Assembly: GCA_023435705.1 (NCBI GenBank)
Contig: JAEYRH010000005.1
Coordinates: 110,114-174,113 of the forward strand
Origin: Bacillota bacterium
Lineage (GTDB): Bacteria > Bacillota > Clostridia > Christensenellales > UMGS416
Length of the DNA stretch: 64,000 nucleotides
Direction of reading: 5' to 3'
Part shown: positions 23,447 to 33,367 of the stretch, one piece after another
Numbering within the stretch: the stretch's first letter is position 1
Layout of the letters: each line of letters starts with the position of its first letter
Program-made: the position numbers and the translations under genes
The notes under the pieces: generated by a model
Seen by the model: the letters and a program-made list of their open reading frames with translations, nothing else
The model's database searches: none
Told to the model about the DNA's origin: nothing

Positions 23447-24469
23447 TTAAGGTTTGGCATAAACCACAGGTGACCATGGCCCATAAACCTTTGTGCTGCC
23501 CTCCAGGCGGTAAGCCCTCACTTTGTAGTAATATACCCTCCCGGTTGTGAGCTTCGTATTGGTGTAATACAGCGAGGACGTCGCGGCAACCAGTGTGTAA
23601 GTGCCACCGGATGACGTGCTGCGCCAAAGCTCATACCTGGTCGCGCCGGTGACCCTGCCCCACGTGACCCTGATGCTGGTGGAACTGGAGCGGGCAGCCC
23701 GCACCGAGCCCGGCGTGCCAATGGCTGTCTTTACTGAGACCACGGTGGAGAACGCACTGTAAACTTTGGCACTGCCCTCCAGATGATAGCACCGCACTTT
23801 GTAGTAATAAGGTGAGCCGGTCCGAAGCCCCGTGTTGGTGAAGCCAATGGTTGTTGTCGTGCCCACGAGAGAATAACTGCCGGTGCTGGATGTGGCGCGA
23901 TACACCTCATAACGCGTTGCACCACTCACCGCAACCCAGCTCACCTTGGCGCTGTTGTAGGAAGCCGCAGTTGCTTTCACAGAATATGGGGTGGCTGGAA
24001 TGGGCCTGGCGGAAACCACAGAGGAGTAAGCGCTGTAGACCTTTGCAGCATTGTAGGAACGCACTTTGTAGTAGTATGTTTTGCCTGTTACCAGCCCTGT
24101 GTTGGAAAAGCTGGGCGTCGTCACGGTGCCCTTCAATGCCCAGGGGCCGGCGCTGGAAGTGGCAGAATAGACCTGATATCCAGAGGCACCGGGCACTGCG
24201 TTCCACGTGACCTTGACGCTGGTATAGGATGCAGACACTGCCTTGACCGCAACCGGAGTGGTGGAAGCCCACATGGCGTAAAGGGTGATGTCTGTTGTGA
24301 CTTTGTCGGTTGCGAAATTCCAGGCATTGGTGCAGGAGGCTTCCTTGTACCAGCCCTGAAAGGCGTAGCCGGAGCGGATCGGGGGTGTGGGGGCAGCAAT
24401 GATTGTATTGAAATTTGCAATCACGGGAGAGACCGCAGTGCCGCCCTGAGTATTGAATGTGACGGTAAC
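23447..24469 (-). repeat. ~1-kb cassette (1 Flg_new + 3 FN3), copy 1
   Basis: Encodes the last 340 aa. Roughly 80-85 percent identical by eye (protein and DNA) to 26413-27435, with identical runs of 20-35 nt. Confidence 0.8.
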
Positions 24470-26236
24470 TGTGGCAACATTCCAGTTTGCAGTATAGGAT
24501 CGATTGCCGGTGGATCCTGTTGGGATCGTGACAGTTCCCACAAGGCCGGTGATGCCAGTGCCCGACCAGCCGGCGAACACATAATCCTCTTTGGTGGGAT
24601 TGTGCAGCGTGATTGCCTCACTGTCCACGTCATATGTGGTGGGGTTGGCCTCATCCACTGTGCCGCCATCCAGGTCGTAACTGATCGAATATTCCTCTTT
24701 GGCCCATTGAGCATACAACGTGACTGTATCACCATTTACCATTGTCAGGTTCTGCACGGTTTCTCCGTCACTGTAAACGACAAGGCCATCCTCGCTTATT
24801 GCCCAGCCCGCAAATGTATAACCCAATCTTGTAAAAACGTTTGTCAAAGCGAAGGAATCACCATAATTGGGGATGTCGTCCACCATGGTTCCAATGCCGC
24901 CATTTGCGTCATAGTGAACCGTATAGGAGTTTATCTCAAACTGCGCCGTCACGGAAATGTCTGCTGACACATTGATATCCGTGCGGGAGGCGTTCAGCAC
25001 ACCATCGCTCCACTGCACGAAATGATAACCATCGTTCGCCACGGCTTCCACCGCAGTGCCCGAGCCGCCGCGATCCACAGCCTGTGTGGCCGTGCCGGTG
25101 ATGGAACCGTGGGAGCCAGCAGAATAGTTCAATGAGTAAGTGTAATCATAGCCATAGACAGCCGGATCATAACCAGAATCGTTGTTCTTGATGCCCAGGT
25201 ATAGGATGCCGTCGCCGGTGATCGACAGGCTCAATTGCTCAGCTCGTCCGGTCACCGGCCCGGTTCCCACCGTGACCCAGCTGCTGCCGTTCCACTTCTG
25301 CACCATCGCACTGCCGGAGGTGTTGGTATAAGCAATATAAATCGTATTACTGTTATCGATTGCGATGCTGGGCTCATAGGTGGAATAGGCGTTGGAAATT
25401 GTGCCCAGAGTAATCCAGGCTGCACCGTCCCACCGCCTAACAGACGGCAATCTCGATGCCGCAGCGTTGGAGAAAATGAAGCAAGGATTCCCACTCCTGT
25501 CCACGGCAAAACCACAGTTTTCAGAATCCCCGACTGCCCCCGTGGCACCCACAGTCAACCAGAACCCCTCTGACAATCGGTGCACCATGATGTTGCTGTT
25601 CGTGACCAGTTGATATTCCACGAAGAGCTCATCATCATCGCTGAAGGCAAGGTTCGTATACCTGCCTGGATTGCTTGAAACGGGTGAGCCGCCCACCATG
25701 CTCCAGGCTGCACCGGCATATTTCACCACAACAACTCTAGCCAGTGAATTGTCATGATAGGAGACATACGGAGTCCCCTGGCTGTCCGTATCAATGCTGA
25801 TGTTGTCGATTGCGCCGGCTGAAAAGTTCAGAGGCCCGACCGCCAACCAATTTGCTCCGTCAAACCGGACAACGCAAGCCTTCTGGCTGCTTGGGTTTTT
25901 ATAGGCTACATAGGGCACATCACCGCTGTCAATCGTGAAATCCAAATCGGTCGAACCGTTTGAATCAATGTAATCGCCCACATTGTCCCAAGTGTTGCTT
26001 ACACGGTTGAATTTCTTCACGCGGATCCGCATATATCCATCGGAATCATCTTCGTAGGCCACATAAGGCGTACCGCTGCTGTCCAGCGCAAGGTTGGTAT
26101 CGTTGGTGCTGCCGCCAGAAAAGTGCAAGCCGCCGACGACTTTCCAACTCTGTGTCGCGGCCTCAACCGGTGTAACGGCGGTTAAAAGAAGCATGAGGGC
26201 AAGCAGCGCGCCCCAAAAGCCTTTCATCTTGCTCAT
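23447..26236 (-). CDS. secreted multidomain surface protein: 7-blade beta-propeller-like repeats + Flg_new (Listeria-Bacteroides) repeats + 3 FN3 domains
   Basis: Signal peptide MSKMKGFWGALLALMLLLTAVTPVEA. Seven ~45-aa repeats (xPYVAY...W..VG). Flg_new repeats (YTVHYDANGG..., GYAFQGWY). Three FN3-like modules (VKVTWNAVPGASGYQVY...YYYKVR). Confidence 0.8.
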   Translation of the reverse strand: MSKMKGFWGALLALMLLLTAVTPVEAATQSWKVVGGLHFSGGSTNDTNLALDSSGTPYVAYEDDSDGYMRIRVKKFNRVSNTWDNVGDYIDSNGSTDLDFTIDSGDVPYVAYKNPSSQKACVVRFDGANWLAVGPLNFSAGAIDNISIDTDSQGTPYVSYHDNSLARVVVVKYAGAAWSMVGGSPVSSNPGRYTNLAFSDDDELFVEYQLVTNSNIMVHRLSEGFWLTVGATGAVGDSENCGFAVDRSGNPCFIFSNAAASRLPSVRRWDGAAWITLGTISNAYSTYEPSIAIDNSNTIYIAYTNTSGSAMVQKWNGSSWVTVGTGPVTGRAEQLSLSITGDGILYLGIKNNDSGYDPAVYGYDYTYSLNYSAGSHGSITGTATQAVDRGGSGTAVEAVANDGYHFVQWSDGVLNASRTDINVSADISVTAQFEINSYTVHYDANGGIGTMVDDIPNYGDSFALTNVFTRLGYTFAGWAISEDGLVVYSDGETVQNLTMVNGDTVTLYAQWAKEEYSISYDLDGGTVDEANPTTYDVDSEAITLHNPTKEDYVFAGWSGTGITGLVGTVTIPTGSTGNRSYTANWNVATVTVTFNTQGGTAVSPVIANFNTIIAAPTPPIRSGYAFQGWYKEASCTNAWNFATDKVTTDITLYAMWASTTPVAVKAVSASYTSVKVTWNAVPGASGYQVYSATSSAGPWALKGTVTTPSFSNTGLVTGKTYYYKVRSYNAAKVYSAYSSVVSARPIPATPYSVKATAASYNSAKVSWVAVSGATRYEVYRATSSTGSYSLVGTTTTIGFTNTGLRTGSPYYYKVRCYHLEGSAKVYSAFSTVVSVKTAIGTPGSVRAARSSSTSIRVTWGRVTGATRYELWRSTSSGGTYTLVAATSSLYYTNTKLTTGRVYYYKVRAYRLEGSTKVYGPWSPVVYAKP

Positions 26237-26364
26237 AGCAGACTCCTTTGCGACTAAATACGAAAACCCGGATATTCCTAAAATACACAGATCTGATGGC
26301 TCTCAAACACGGAAATGTTGAAATAGTTATTTCATTCTGTGCTTTTTGTGTTGGAACGATAATA

Positions 26365-26390
26365 AACGCGGAGGCAAATGCCTCCGCGTT
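26365..26390 (-). terminator. intrinsic terminator of the LRR protein gene
   Basis: Perfect 11-bp stem aacgcggaggc/gcctccgcgtt with a 4-nt loop, followed on the minus strand by TATTATCGTT. Confidence 0.65.
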
Positions 26391-26412
26391 CCTCAGCCAT
26401 CGCAACAGCGTT

Positions 26413-27435
26413 TTATGGCTTGGCAGACACCACCGCCGACCAGGCGCTGTATACCTTGGTGCTGCCCTCCAGGTGGTAAGCCCTCACTTTGTAGTAATAC
26501 AACCTGCCAGTCGTCAGGCTGGTGTTGATGTAGTACAGTGATGACGTCGTGCCCACGAGCGAATAGGTGCCGGTTGCTGATGTGCTGCGCCAAACCTCAA
26601 ACCTGGTTGCGCCACTGACAGCACCCCATGTCACTTTGATGCTGGTGGAGCTGGCGCGGGCAGCCCGCACGGAGGCAGGTGTGCCAATGGCCGTCTTTAC
26701 TGAGACCACAGCGGAGTACGCACTGGTAACTTTGGTGCTGCCCTCCAGATGGTAGCACCGCACCTTGTAGTAATAGGTTGAACCGGTCTTAAGCGCGGTG
26801 TTGGTGAAGCTGGTGGCTGTTGTCGTGCCCACAAGCGAATAGCTGCCGGTGCTTGATGTGGCGCGATACACCTCATAACGCGTTGCCCCACTCGCCGCAG
26901 CCCAGCTCACCTTGGCGCTGCTGTAGGATGCTGCAGCAGCTTTCACTGAATACGGGGTGGCTGGGATGGGCCTGGCGGAGACCGTGGCAGAATACGCGCT
27001 GTAGACCTTGGCGGCGTTGCAAGACCTTACTTTGTAATAGTAATATTTGCCTGTAATCAGCCCTGTGTTGGTGAAATATAGCGACGTCACGGTGCCTTTC
27101 AATGCCCATGGGCCGGCGCTGGATGTGGCAGAGTATACCTGGTAACCCGCTGCACCAGGCACAGCGTTCCAAGTGACCTTGACGCTGGTATAGGATGCAG
27201 ACGCGGCCTTGACCGCAGCCGGAGTGGTGGAAGCCCACTTGGCATAGAGGGTAATGTCTGAAGTAACCTTGTCGGTGGCAAAGTTCCAGGAGTTGGTGCA
27301 GGAGGCCTCCTTGTACCAGCCCAGGAAAGCGTAACCTGTGCGGGTTGGGGGTGTGGGGGCAGTGATGGTGGTGTTGTATTGGGCGGTCTTGGGGGCCACG
27401 GCGGTGCCGCCTTGGGAGGAGAAGGTGACGGTGTG
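26413..27435 (-). repeat. ~1-kb cassette (1 Flg_new + 3 FN3), copy 2
   Basis: See 23447-24469. Direct repeats on the same strand about 3 kb apart. Confidence 0.8.
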
Positions 27436-30400
27436 GGTGTTGATGGTCCATTTGGCGTAGAGGGTGATATCCTCAACAACTTTGTCCGACGAAAAATCCC
27501 ACATGTCCGTGAAATCCGGATCGGTAAACCATCCCTGCAGTGTGCAACCGGGTTTCTCACAAAGAGGCTCTGTGATTATAGTATCGTAGGCAGCAGAAAC
27601 TTGATCCGCGCTGCTACCGCCATTAGGCTCAAATGTCACCGTGTATTGATTGATCGACCACTTGGCATAAAGGGTGATATCGTCTGTCGCGGTGTCGGTT
27701 TCGAAATTCCATGAGGTGGTGCAGGCAGGGTCCCTGTACCAGCCCTGGAATCCATAGCCAGAGCGGGTCGGAGGTGTAGGCTCAACAATTTTCAGATCAG
27801 TAAGTATCCCAACGCACTTCACTGGTGCATTATTATCCTGTAAATCAAGTGTGAGCCAGCAGAATGGTTGCTTGGCATATGTGGTGAATGATGCCCAAGT
27901 CGCTTGGTTCTTAAAATGATAATTGACTTTAAAGTCTTCTTTCGAATTGCTGAACACAGCCAAACCCATCGCTGGTTGTGCACCAACAAAAACCGCCGAT
28001 GATAAACTTGAACAAGAAGCAAAAGCCCGATCTCCAATACTAGTCACATTCCTTGGAATTGTTATGCAAGAAAGGGTGAAGCACCCTTTAAATGCTTCGG
28101 CATCAATTTCAACCACACTATCTGGGAGGGTGACCTTGCTCAGTTCACGAATAAATGCGAACATGCCCGGTGAGATATACTTTATTCCCTCTGATAAATA
28201 AACATTTGATAAGCTATTACAATTCGCAAAGACATATTCTCCAAAATGCTCGATTGTTGCTGGAACATCAAGATTCGTGAAAGCGCATTGGTAGAATGCA
28301 TAGTCACCAACAAACCGAACAGAGTCCGGAATATTGATCGACTTAAGGCTGCTATATGCAAAGGCATAATCATCAATATATTCTAATGAATCCGGTAATT
28401 GAATGCTTGTTAGTAGGTCGCATGAGTCAAATGCATATGCACCAACTAGTAAAAGTCCATTTGGTAATGCTACAGATGAAAGCTTGATACAATGATAAAA
28501 CATAGAAAAGCCAACTAGAAGCGATCCTCTAGAGAATGATACAGATTGTAATTCCCAGCAATTCTCAAAGGCGCCAACACCTGCATCACGCACGCTTCCC
28601 GGTATCGAAACAGACAAAAGCTTGGTGCAATGATCAAACATATAGTTGCCAAGCACCGCCAGGCCGTCCGATAACACTACACTTGTCAAATTGCTACAAT
28701 AACCAAATGCAGACTGCCCGCATGATGAGACACTGGCAGGAATCGTTACAGCAGTAAGGTTTACACAGTGGTCAAACATGAAATTCCCAAGAGTTATGAT
28801 TCCCTCCGAGAGCTCGATACTTTTCAGTTTATCGCACTGAGCAAATACATATTGACCGCATTGGCTTAAGCTCCCCGCAACATGTACCGACAGCAATGAA
28901 TCGCACTGGTAAAATGCATAATCACCAATCGAAGTTAAGCCATCTGAAAACATGATGTTCTTAACCCCTGAATAGGCAAAGGTATAATCACCTATGGAAG
29001 TAACGCTATGAGGGAACTCTACACTCGCTAAATTTCTGCAATCATAGAACATATAGTCACCAAAAACAGTAAACCCATCCGCAATATTTACCAATGCAAG
29101 TGATGAGCACTGTGAAAAGACATATTGACCTATGCTGGGGACATTGCCGAGAAACTTAACTGTCCTTAATGAGCTGTTGCTGAATGCATAATCATGAATT
29201 ACACTCAAAGTATTTGGAATTTCTATGCTGGAAAGTTTACAGCTTGAAAAAGCATATGATCCAATCTCAGTGAGACTCTCTGGTAGAGCCACATATACTA
29301 GAGATTTACAGCCGGAGAATGCATATTCGTTGATCTTACTAACACCATTTGGAATAGATATGCTTGTTAATCCTGATTGGTAAAAAGCATAAGCACCAAT
29401 TGTGCCTACACTCCCTGGAATAACAATACCTGTCAGAGATGAACAACCATAAAAAGCAGAACTACCGATGCCAGTGATTTGTGAAGAGATATTTACCTCC
29501 GACAGCATCGTGCAACTGTAAAAGGTATTGTACCCAATCGTACTTACCAAATCTGGTAAGGATATTTGCGTTAGCCCAGAGTTTCTGAATGCAGATGCTC
29601 CAATAGAAGTAACACCATCAGGAATATTAAGCTTACTCAAGGAATTGCAATAAGCAAATGCAAAATCACCGATTGACGTCACACTGTCCGGTATATATAC
29701 CTCTTGAAGCTTTGTACAATGCCCGAAAAGATTCGAACTGATGTTGACAATCCCATCAGGTAACGCAATTGACACTAATCCAGTATTAAAGAAAACATCT
29801 GATCCAATAGCAGAAATTTGGTTTGGAAAAACAATATCACATAATGAAGTACAGTTATAGAAAGCGCAGTCATTGATTTTTGTAATGGAATCAGGAATAC
29901 TGACAGCTTCCAGCGATGTACACCCACTGAACATTGATGCACGGATTTCTGTCATTCCGGATGATAAAGTGATGCTCTTCAAACCTGTGCAACCCTCAAA
30001 AGCTCCATTGTTAATGCCGGTAATGCTATCAGGAATTATGATAGAAGATAGTGCAGTGCAACCTTTAAATGTATACCCGCCGAACTGCTTGACACCTTCC
30101 GGAATCACTATGCTTCCGAGGTTAACACAGTTGCTAAAGCTCTCATCCAATATGTCTTTTACGGTGTCCGAGATAACAACAGAGGTAAGCCCACTGCAAT
30201 TCTTGAAAGCTCTGTTACCAATATATCGTATACCAGAAGAAAATGTAACCTTTTGTATACTCGCATTAGAAGCGAAGCAATCACTGCCGATACCATCCAC
30301 CGGATACCCACCCAACGTTGCCGGTATTAATACATCACCACCTGGCCCTGAGTATCCTGTAATAACAACTTTTCCAGCAAATATCGCGTAAGCGAAATCC

Positions 30401-30525
30401 CCCTCCTGCTCCGCCATCGCCGCCCCGCTCATGGCAACGAGCATCCCGATCCCAATGGCGATCACAGAAACGAGCTGTAAAAGGCGCTTCATCATAAATC
30501 TGCTCCCAGGTGGTTGATTCGGCAA
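26413..30525 (-). CDS. giant secreted BspA-type leucine-rich-repeat (LRR_5) protein + 3 Flg_new + 3 FN3 domains
   Basis: 1370 aa with an N-terminal signal/TM. About 30 repeats of a ~23-aa unit (IPxSVTxIGxxAFxxCxxLxxV). The C-terminus is paralogous to the 929-aa neighbour. Confidence 0.85.
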   Translation of the reverse strand: MPNQPPGSRFMMKRLLQLVSVIAIGIGMLVAMSGAAMAEQEGDFAYAIFAGKVVITGYSGPGGDVLIPATLGGYPVDGIGSDCFASNASIQKVTFSSGIRYIGNRAFKNCSGLTSVVISDTVKDILDESFSNCVNLGSIVIPEGVKQFGGYTFKGCTALSSIIIPDSITGINNGAFEGCTGLKSITLSSGMTEIRASMFSGCTSLEAVSIPDSITKINDCAFYNCTSLCDIVFPNQISAIGSDVFFNTGLVSIALPDGIVNISSNLFGHCTKLQEVYIPDSVTSIGDFAFAYCNSLSKLNIPDGVTSIGASAFRNSGLTQISLPDLVSTIGYNTFYSCTMLSEVNISSQITGIGSSAFYGCSSLTGIVIPGSVGTIGAYAFYQSGLTSISIPNGVSKINEYAFSGCKSLVYVALPESLTEIGSYAFSSCKLSSIEIPNTLSVIHDYAFSNSSLRTVKFLGNVPSIGQYVFSQCSSLALVNIADGFTVFGDYMFYDCRNLASVEFPHSVTSIGDYTFAYSGVKNIMFSDGLTSIGDYAFYQCDSLLSVHVAGSLSQCGQYVFAQCDKLKSIELSEGIITLGNFMFDHCVNLTAVTIPASVSSCGQSAFGYCSNLTSVVLSDGLAVLGNYMFDHCTKLLSVSIPGSVRDAGVGAFENCWELQSVSFSRGSLLVGFSMFYHCIKLSSVALPNGLLLVGAYAFDSCDLLTSIQLPDSLEYIDDYAFAYSSLKSINIPDSVRFVGDYAFYQCAFTNLDVPATIEHFGEYVFANCNSLSNVYLSEGIKYISPGMFAFIRELSKVTLPDSVVEIDAEAFKGCFTLSCITIPRNVTSIGDRAFASCSSLSSAVFVGAQPAMGLAVFSNSKEDFKVNYHFKNQATWASFTTYAKQPFCWLTLDLQDNNAPVKCVGILTDLKIVEPTPPTRSGYGFQGWYRDPACTTSWNFETDTATDDITLYAKWSINQYTVTFEPNGGSSADQVSAAYDTIITEPLCEKPGCTLQGWFTDPDFTDMWDFSSDKVVEDITLYAKWTINTHTVTFSSQGGTAVAPKTAQYNTTITAPTPPTRTGYAFLGWYKEASCTNSWNFATDKVTSDITLYAKWASTTPAAVKAASASYTSVKVTWNAVPGAAGYQVYSATSSAGPWALKGTVTSLYFTNTGLITGKYYYYKVRSCNAAKVYSAYSATVSARPIPATPYSVKAAAASYSSAKVSWAAASGATRYEVYRATSSTGSYSLVGTTTATSFTNTALKTGSTYYYKVRCYHLEGSTKVTSAYSAVVSVKTAIGTPASVRAARASSTSIKVTWGAVSGATRFEVWRSTSATGTYSLVGTTSSLYYINTSLTTGRLYYYKVRAYHLEGSTKVYSAWSAVVSAKP

Positions 30526-30730
30526 CGTATGGGTAATTTACCATGTCATTATATATCTTATGCAATCATTTCACAAGCACCATAACCGCCCACACACCTC
30601 CGCTCGGTCACTTGAACCCCCATCTCCGACACTTCAACCACAATATATTCTAAAATCATGCAGGAATTTCTATGATGGTATCAAAATATAGTAGGAAGTG
30701 ATTGGTCAAGCCAATCCGAGGAGGCGACAC

Positions 30731-32779
30731 ATGGGAGACATGATCTATTTGGTTTATGCCGCGATCGGCATTCTGGGGCTGTGGTTTTTGCTGTTTTTAT
30801 CCGGCATCCGCTACATCCCCAACAACAAGGTGGGCATCGTGGAAAAACGATACTCCGCAAAGGGCAGCCTGAAAGAGCAGATCATCGCCCTGAATGGCGA
30901 AGCGGGCTTCCAGCCGGACGTGCTGCGCGGCGGCATCTGCTTTGTGCCCCGGTTTATCCGCAAGGTTTACCTGGTGCCGCTGGTGAACATCCCCCAGGGC
31001 GAGCTGGGCTATGTGTTTGCCCGCGACGGCAAGCCGCTGGAAGGTGGCCAGACGCTGGGCAAAATCGTACCGGAAGGCCGGAATTTCCAGTCGGTGCGTG
31101 GCTTTTTGACCGGTGGTGGCCAGAAGGGCCCGCAGCGCGGCATGCTGAGGGAAGGCACCTATGCCTTCAACCTGGCGCAGTTTGTGGTGTTTACCAAGTC
31201 GCAGATTCATTATTTGCCCCTCAACCTGCCCGGCGAGCGCAACGACTTCACGCTGATCGCACAAGACCTCTTCAAGAGGAAAGCATATCAGCCCGTTGTG
31301 ATCGACGGCAACTCCGACGCAATGGGGATTGTAACGGTGCATGACGGCCCAACGCTGGCCACTGGTGAGATCATCGCGGCCAACGTATCCACTGGTGACC
31401 CGGCAACCGACCACAACTCCTTTCAGGATCCCGAACGGTTCCTCGCCTTGGGCGGGCGCAGAGGTCGTCAGCACCAGGTGCTGGTGGAGGGCACCTACTT
31501 CATCAACGGCCTGTTTGCCACGGTGGAGATGCACCCCAAGACCACGATCAGTGTGGGCGAAGTGGGTGTAGTAAACAGCTTCGTGGGCCCGGAGGGCCGC
31601 GACCTTTCCGGCGAGAGCTACAAGCACGGCGAGCTGGTGGAAAAGGGCCACAAGGGCGTGTGGAAAGAAACGCTGCGCCCCGGCAAATACGCCTTCAACA
31701 CCTATGCCGGCGCCGTGTTCGCCGTGCCCACCACCAACATCATCCTCAAATGGATCCGCAACCAGCAGGGCGCCCACGGGTTTGACGCAAACCTCGCAGA
31801 AGTGACGCTCATTACAATGGATGCCTTCGAACCCACGCTGCCGCTGTCGGTGGTGATCCACATCAACTACACCGAGGCACCGCTGGTGATCCAGCGCTTC
31901 GGCGACATCCGAAAGCTCGTGGAGCAGACGCTGGATCCGATGGTGGCCGCATACTTCAAGAACATTGGCCAGACCAAGACGCTGATCCAGCTCATCCAGG
32001 AGCGCAAGGAAATCCAGGAAAAGGCCGCCGTGGAGATGCGCGAGAAGTTTGCGCAGTACAATCTGAACCTGATCGAGGTGCTGATCGGTACACCGGGCAG
32101 CTCCAAGACCGACGGCCGTATCGAGACGATCCTCTCCCAGCTGCAGGACCGGCAGATCGCTGATGAGCAGAAGACCACCTATGAGCGCCAGCGGCAGACA
32201 GCGATTGTCAAACAGGGCCTGGTGGAGGCGCAGGCAAAGAGCGACATGCAGAAGAACCTGACCGAGTCCGCCATCAACATTGAGCTGCAGAATAACCAGG
32301 GCCTGGCAGACCTCCGAAAGGCCGAGCAGCAGGCCAACGTGATCCAGACCACAGCCCGGGCCGAGGCCGCAAAGACCGAGATCGCCGCAGGGGCAGAAGC
32401 CAAGCGCGTGCGGCTGACCTCTGAGGCCGAGGCCAACCGCGTGGAAATGCTGGCCAACGCAGAAGCTACAAAGATCACGGCCACGGGTTCCGCAGAAGCC
32501 GGAAAGATCCAGGCCATCGGTCTGGCGGAGGCTGAGGCGATCCGCAAGCAGGTGGAATCCTACGGTTCCACTGGCGAATACATCCAGTTGCAGAGCGTGA
32601 AGGCATTCACCGGCGCACTGAGCAACTACCAGGGCGATCTGGTGCCGAAGACACAGTTCTCCGTGGGCGGGGGCGACGGAAAGCCAGCCAACCTGGCAGA
32701 AGTCTTTATGGCTCAGTTGATCGCGATGAACGGCGGAAAGCTACCCGGCGGGCAGGCTGCTCCGGAAAAGTCAGAATAA
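30731..32779 (+). CDS. SPFH/band-7 flotillin-like membrane protein
   Basis: 682 aa from the ATG at 30731 (RBS GAGGAGG). N-terminal TM, SPFH core, and C-terminal Ala/Glu-rich coiled coil (AEAAKTEIAAGAEAKRV...LAEAEAIRKQ). Confidence 0.8.
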   Translation: MGDMIYLVYAAIGILGLWFLLFLSGIRYIPNNKVGIVEKRYSAKGSLKEQIIALNGEAGFQPDVLRGGICFVPRFIRKVYLVPLVNIPQGELGYVFARDGKPLEGGQTLGKIVPEGRNFQSVRGFLTGGGQKGPQRGMLREGTYAFNLAQFVVFTKSQIHYLPLNLPGERNDFTLIAQDLFKRKAYQPVVIDGNSDAMGIVTVHDGPTLATGEIIAANVSTGDPATDHNSFQDPERFLALGGRRGRQHQVLVEGTYFINGLFATVEMHPKTTISVGEVGVVNSFVGPEGRDLSGESYKHGELVEKGHKGVWKETLRPGKYAFNTYAGAVFAVPTTNIILKWIRNQQGAHGFDANLAEVTLITMDAFEPTLPLSVVIHINYTEAPLVIQRFGDIRKLVEQTLDPMVAAYFKNIGQTKTLIQLIQERKEIQEKAAVEMREKFAQYNLNLIEVLIGTPGSSKTDGRIETILSQLQDRQIADEQKTTYERQRQTAIVKQGLVEAQAKSDMQKNLTESAINIELQNNQGLADLRKAEQQANVIQTTARAEAAKTEIAAGAEAKRVRLTSEAEANRVEMLANAEATKITATGSAEAGKIQAIGLAEAEAIRKQVESYGSTGEYIQLQSVKAFTGALSNYQGDLVPKTQFSVGGGDGKPANLAEVFMAQLIAMNGGKLPGGQAAPEKSE

Positions 32780-32801
32780 CAACGACAACAAGACACAACA
32801 A

Positions 32802-32827
32802 AGCCCCCGGCAGGATTGCCGGGGGCT
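32802..32827. terminator. hairpin between convergent genes
   Basis: Stem agcccccggc/gccgggggct with a 6-nt loop. The U-tract is weak on both strands. Confidence 0.45.
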
Positions 32828-32866
32828 TACGATTCATATCGCCTCTCCGGGCAGCACAGTCGTCCA

Positions 32867-33307
32867 TTAACTCCAATAGGTATAAACCTTGACCGACCCC
32901 GCATCAAAGTCAATTACAGCTTCGGCATGCATGGCTCCGCCGCCAGGCTCGATCGCGTATTGCTGCACACCTTCCATCTCCAGCCCCGTGTCCTGCAGCC
33001 CTGGCGATGCAGCAACCCAACCCTTCAGGTCTGCTGCCGGTAAGGTGAAGCTAACCCGATATGCTCTGGTTGCCGGGCCGCCCTCTGTCGTGATGATGAA
33101 TTGCTTCTTTGAATCAGGGATTGGTGCCAGCCTGGCCCATTCCAGCGTGCATTCCAGCATGTTTGCCTGCGCCGCGGGATCTTGATTGGCTCGCTCATTG
33201 GATGGGACTAGATGCAGGCTTTTATTGAATGCGGCATATGCAGAAAAACAGACGGCAAGACCGCCGATGATGCAGGCAGCAATGATCACCAATCTTCTGT
33301 TCCGCAT
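32867..33307 (-). CDS. hypothetical membrane-anchored protein
   Basis: 146 aa with N-terminal anchor RRLVIIAACIIGGLAVCFSAYAAF. No motif recognised. Confidence 0.5.
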   Translation of the reverse strand: MRNRRLVIIAACIIGGLAVCFSAYAAFNKSLHLVPSNERANQDPAAQANMLECTLEWARLAPIPDSKKQFIITTEGGPATRAYRVSFTLPAADLKGWVAASPGLQDTGLEMEGVQQYAIEPGGGAMHAEAVIDFDAGSVKVYTYWS

Positions 33308-33367
33308 TTATCCTCCTTATTGAAAACGCCCTCTCCCAACAGGGAAAGGGCGCTCATGTGGTCTGTA

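Noticed and set aside
30731-32779. Flotillin/SPFH protein as part of a defence or NfeD-paired system
   Set aside because: There is no NfeD partner or nuclease/effector neighbour. It is a standalone gene with its own RBS and hairpin, and is treated as a housekeeping membrane-microdomain protein.
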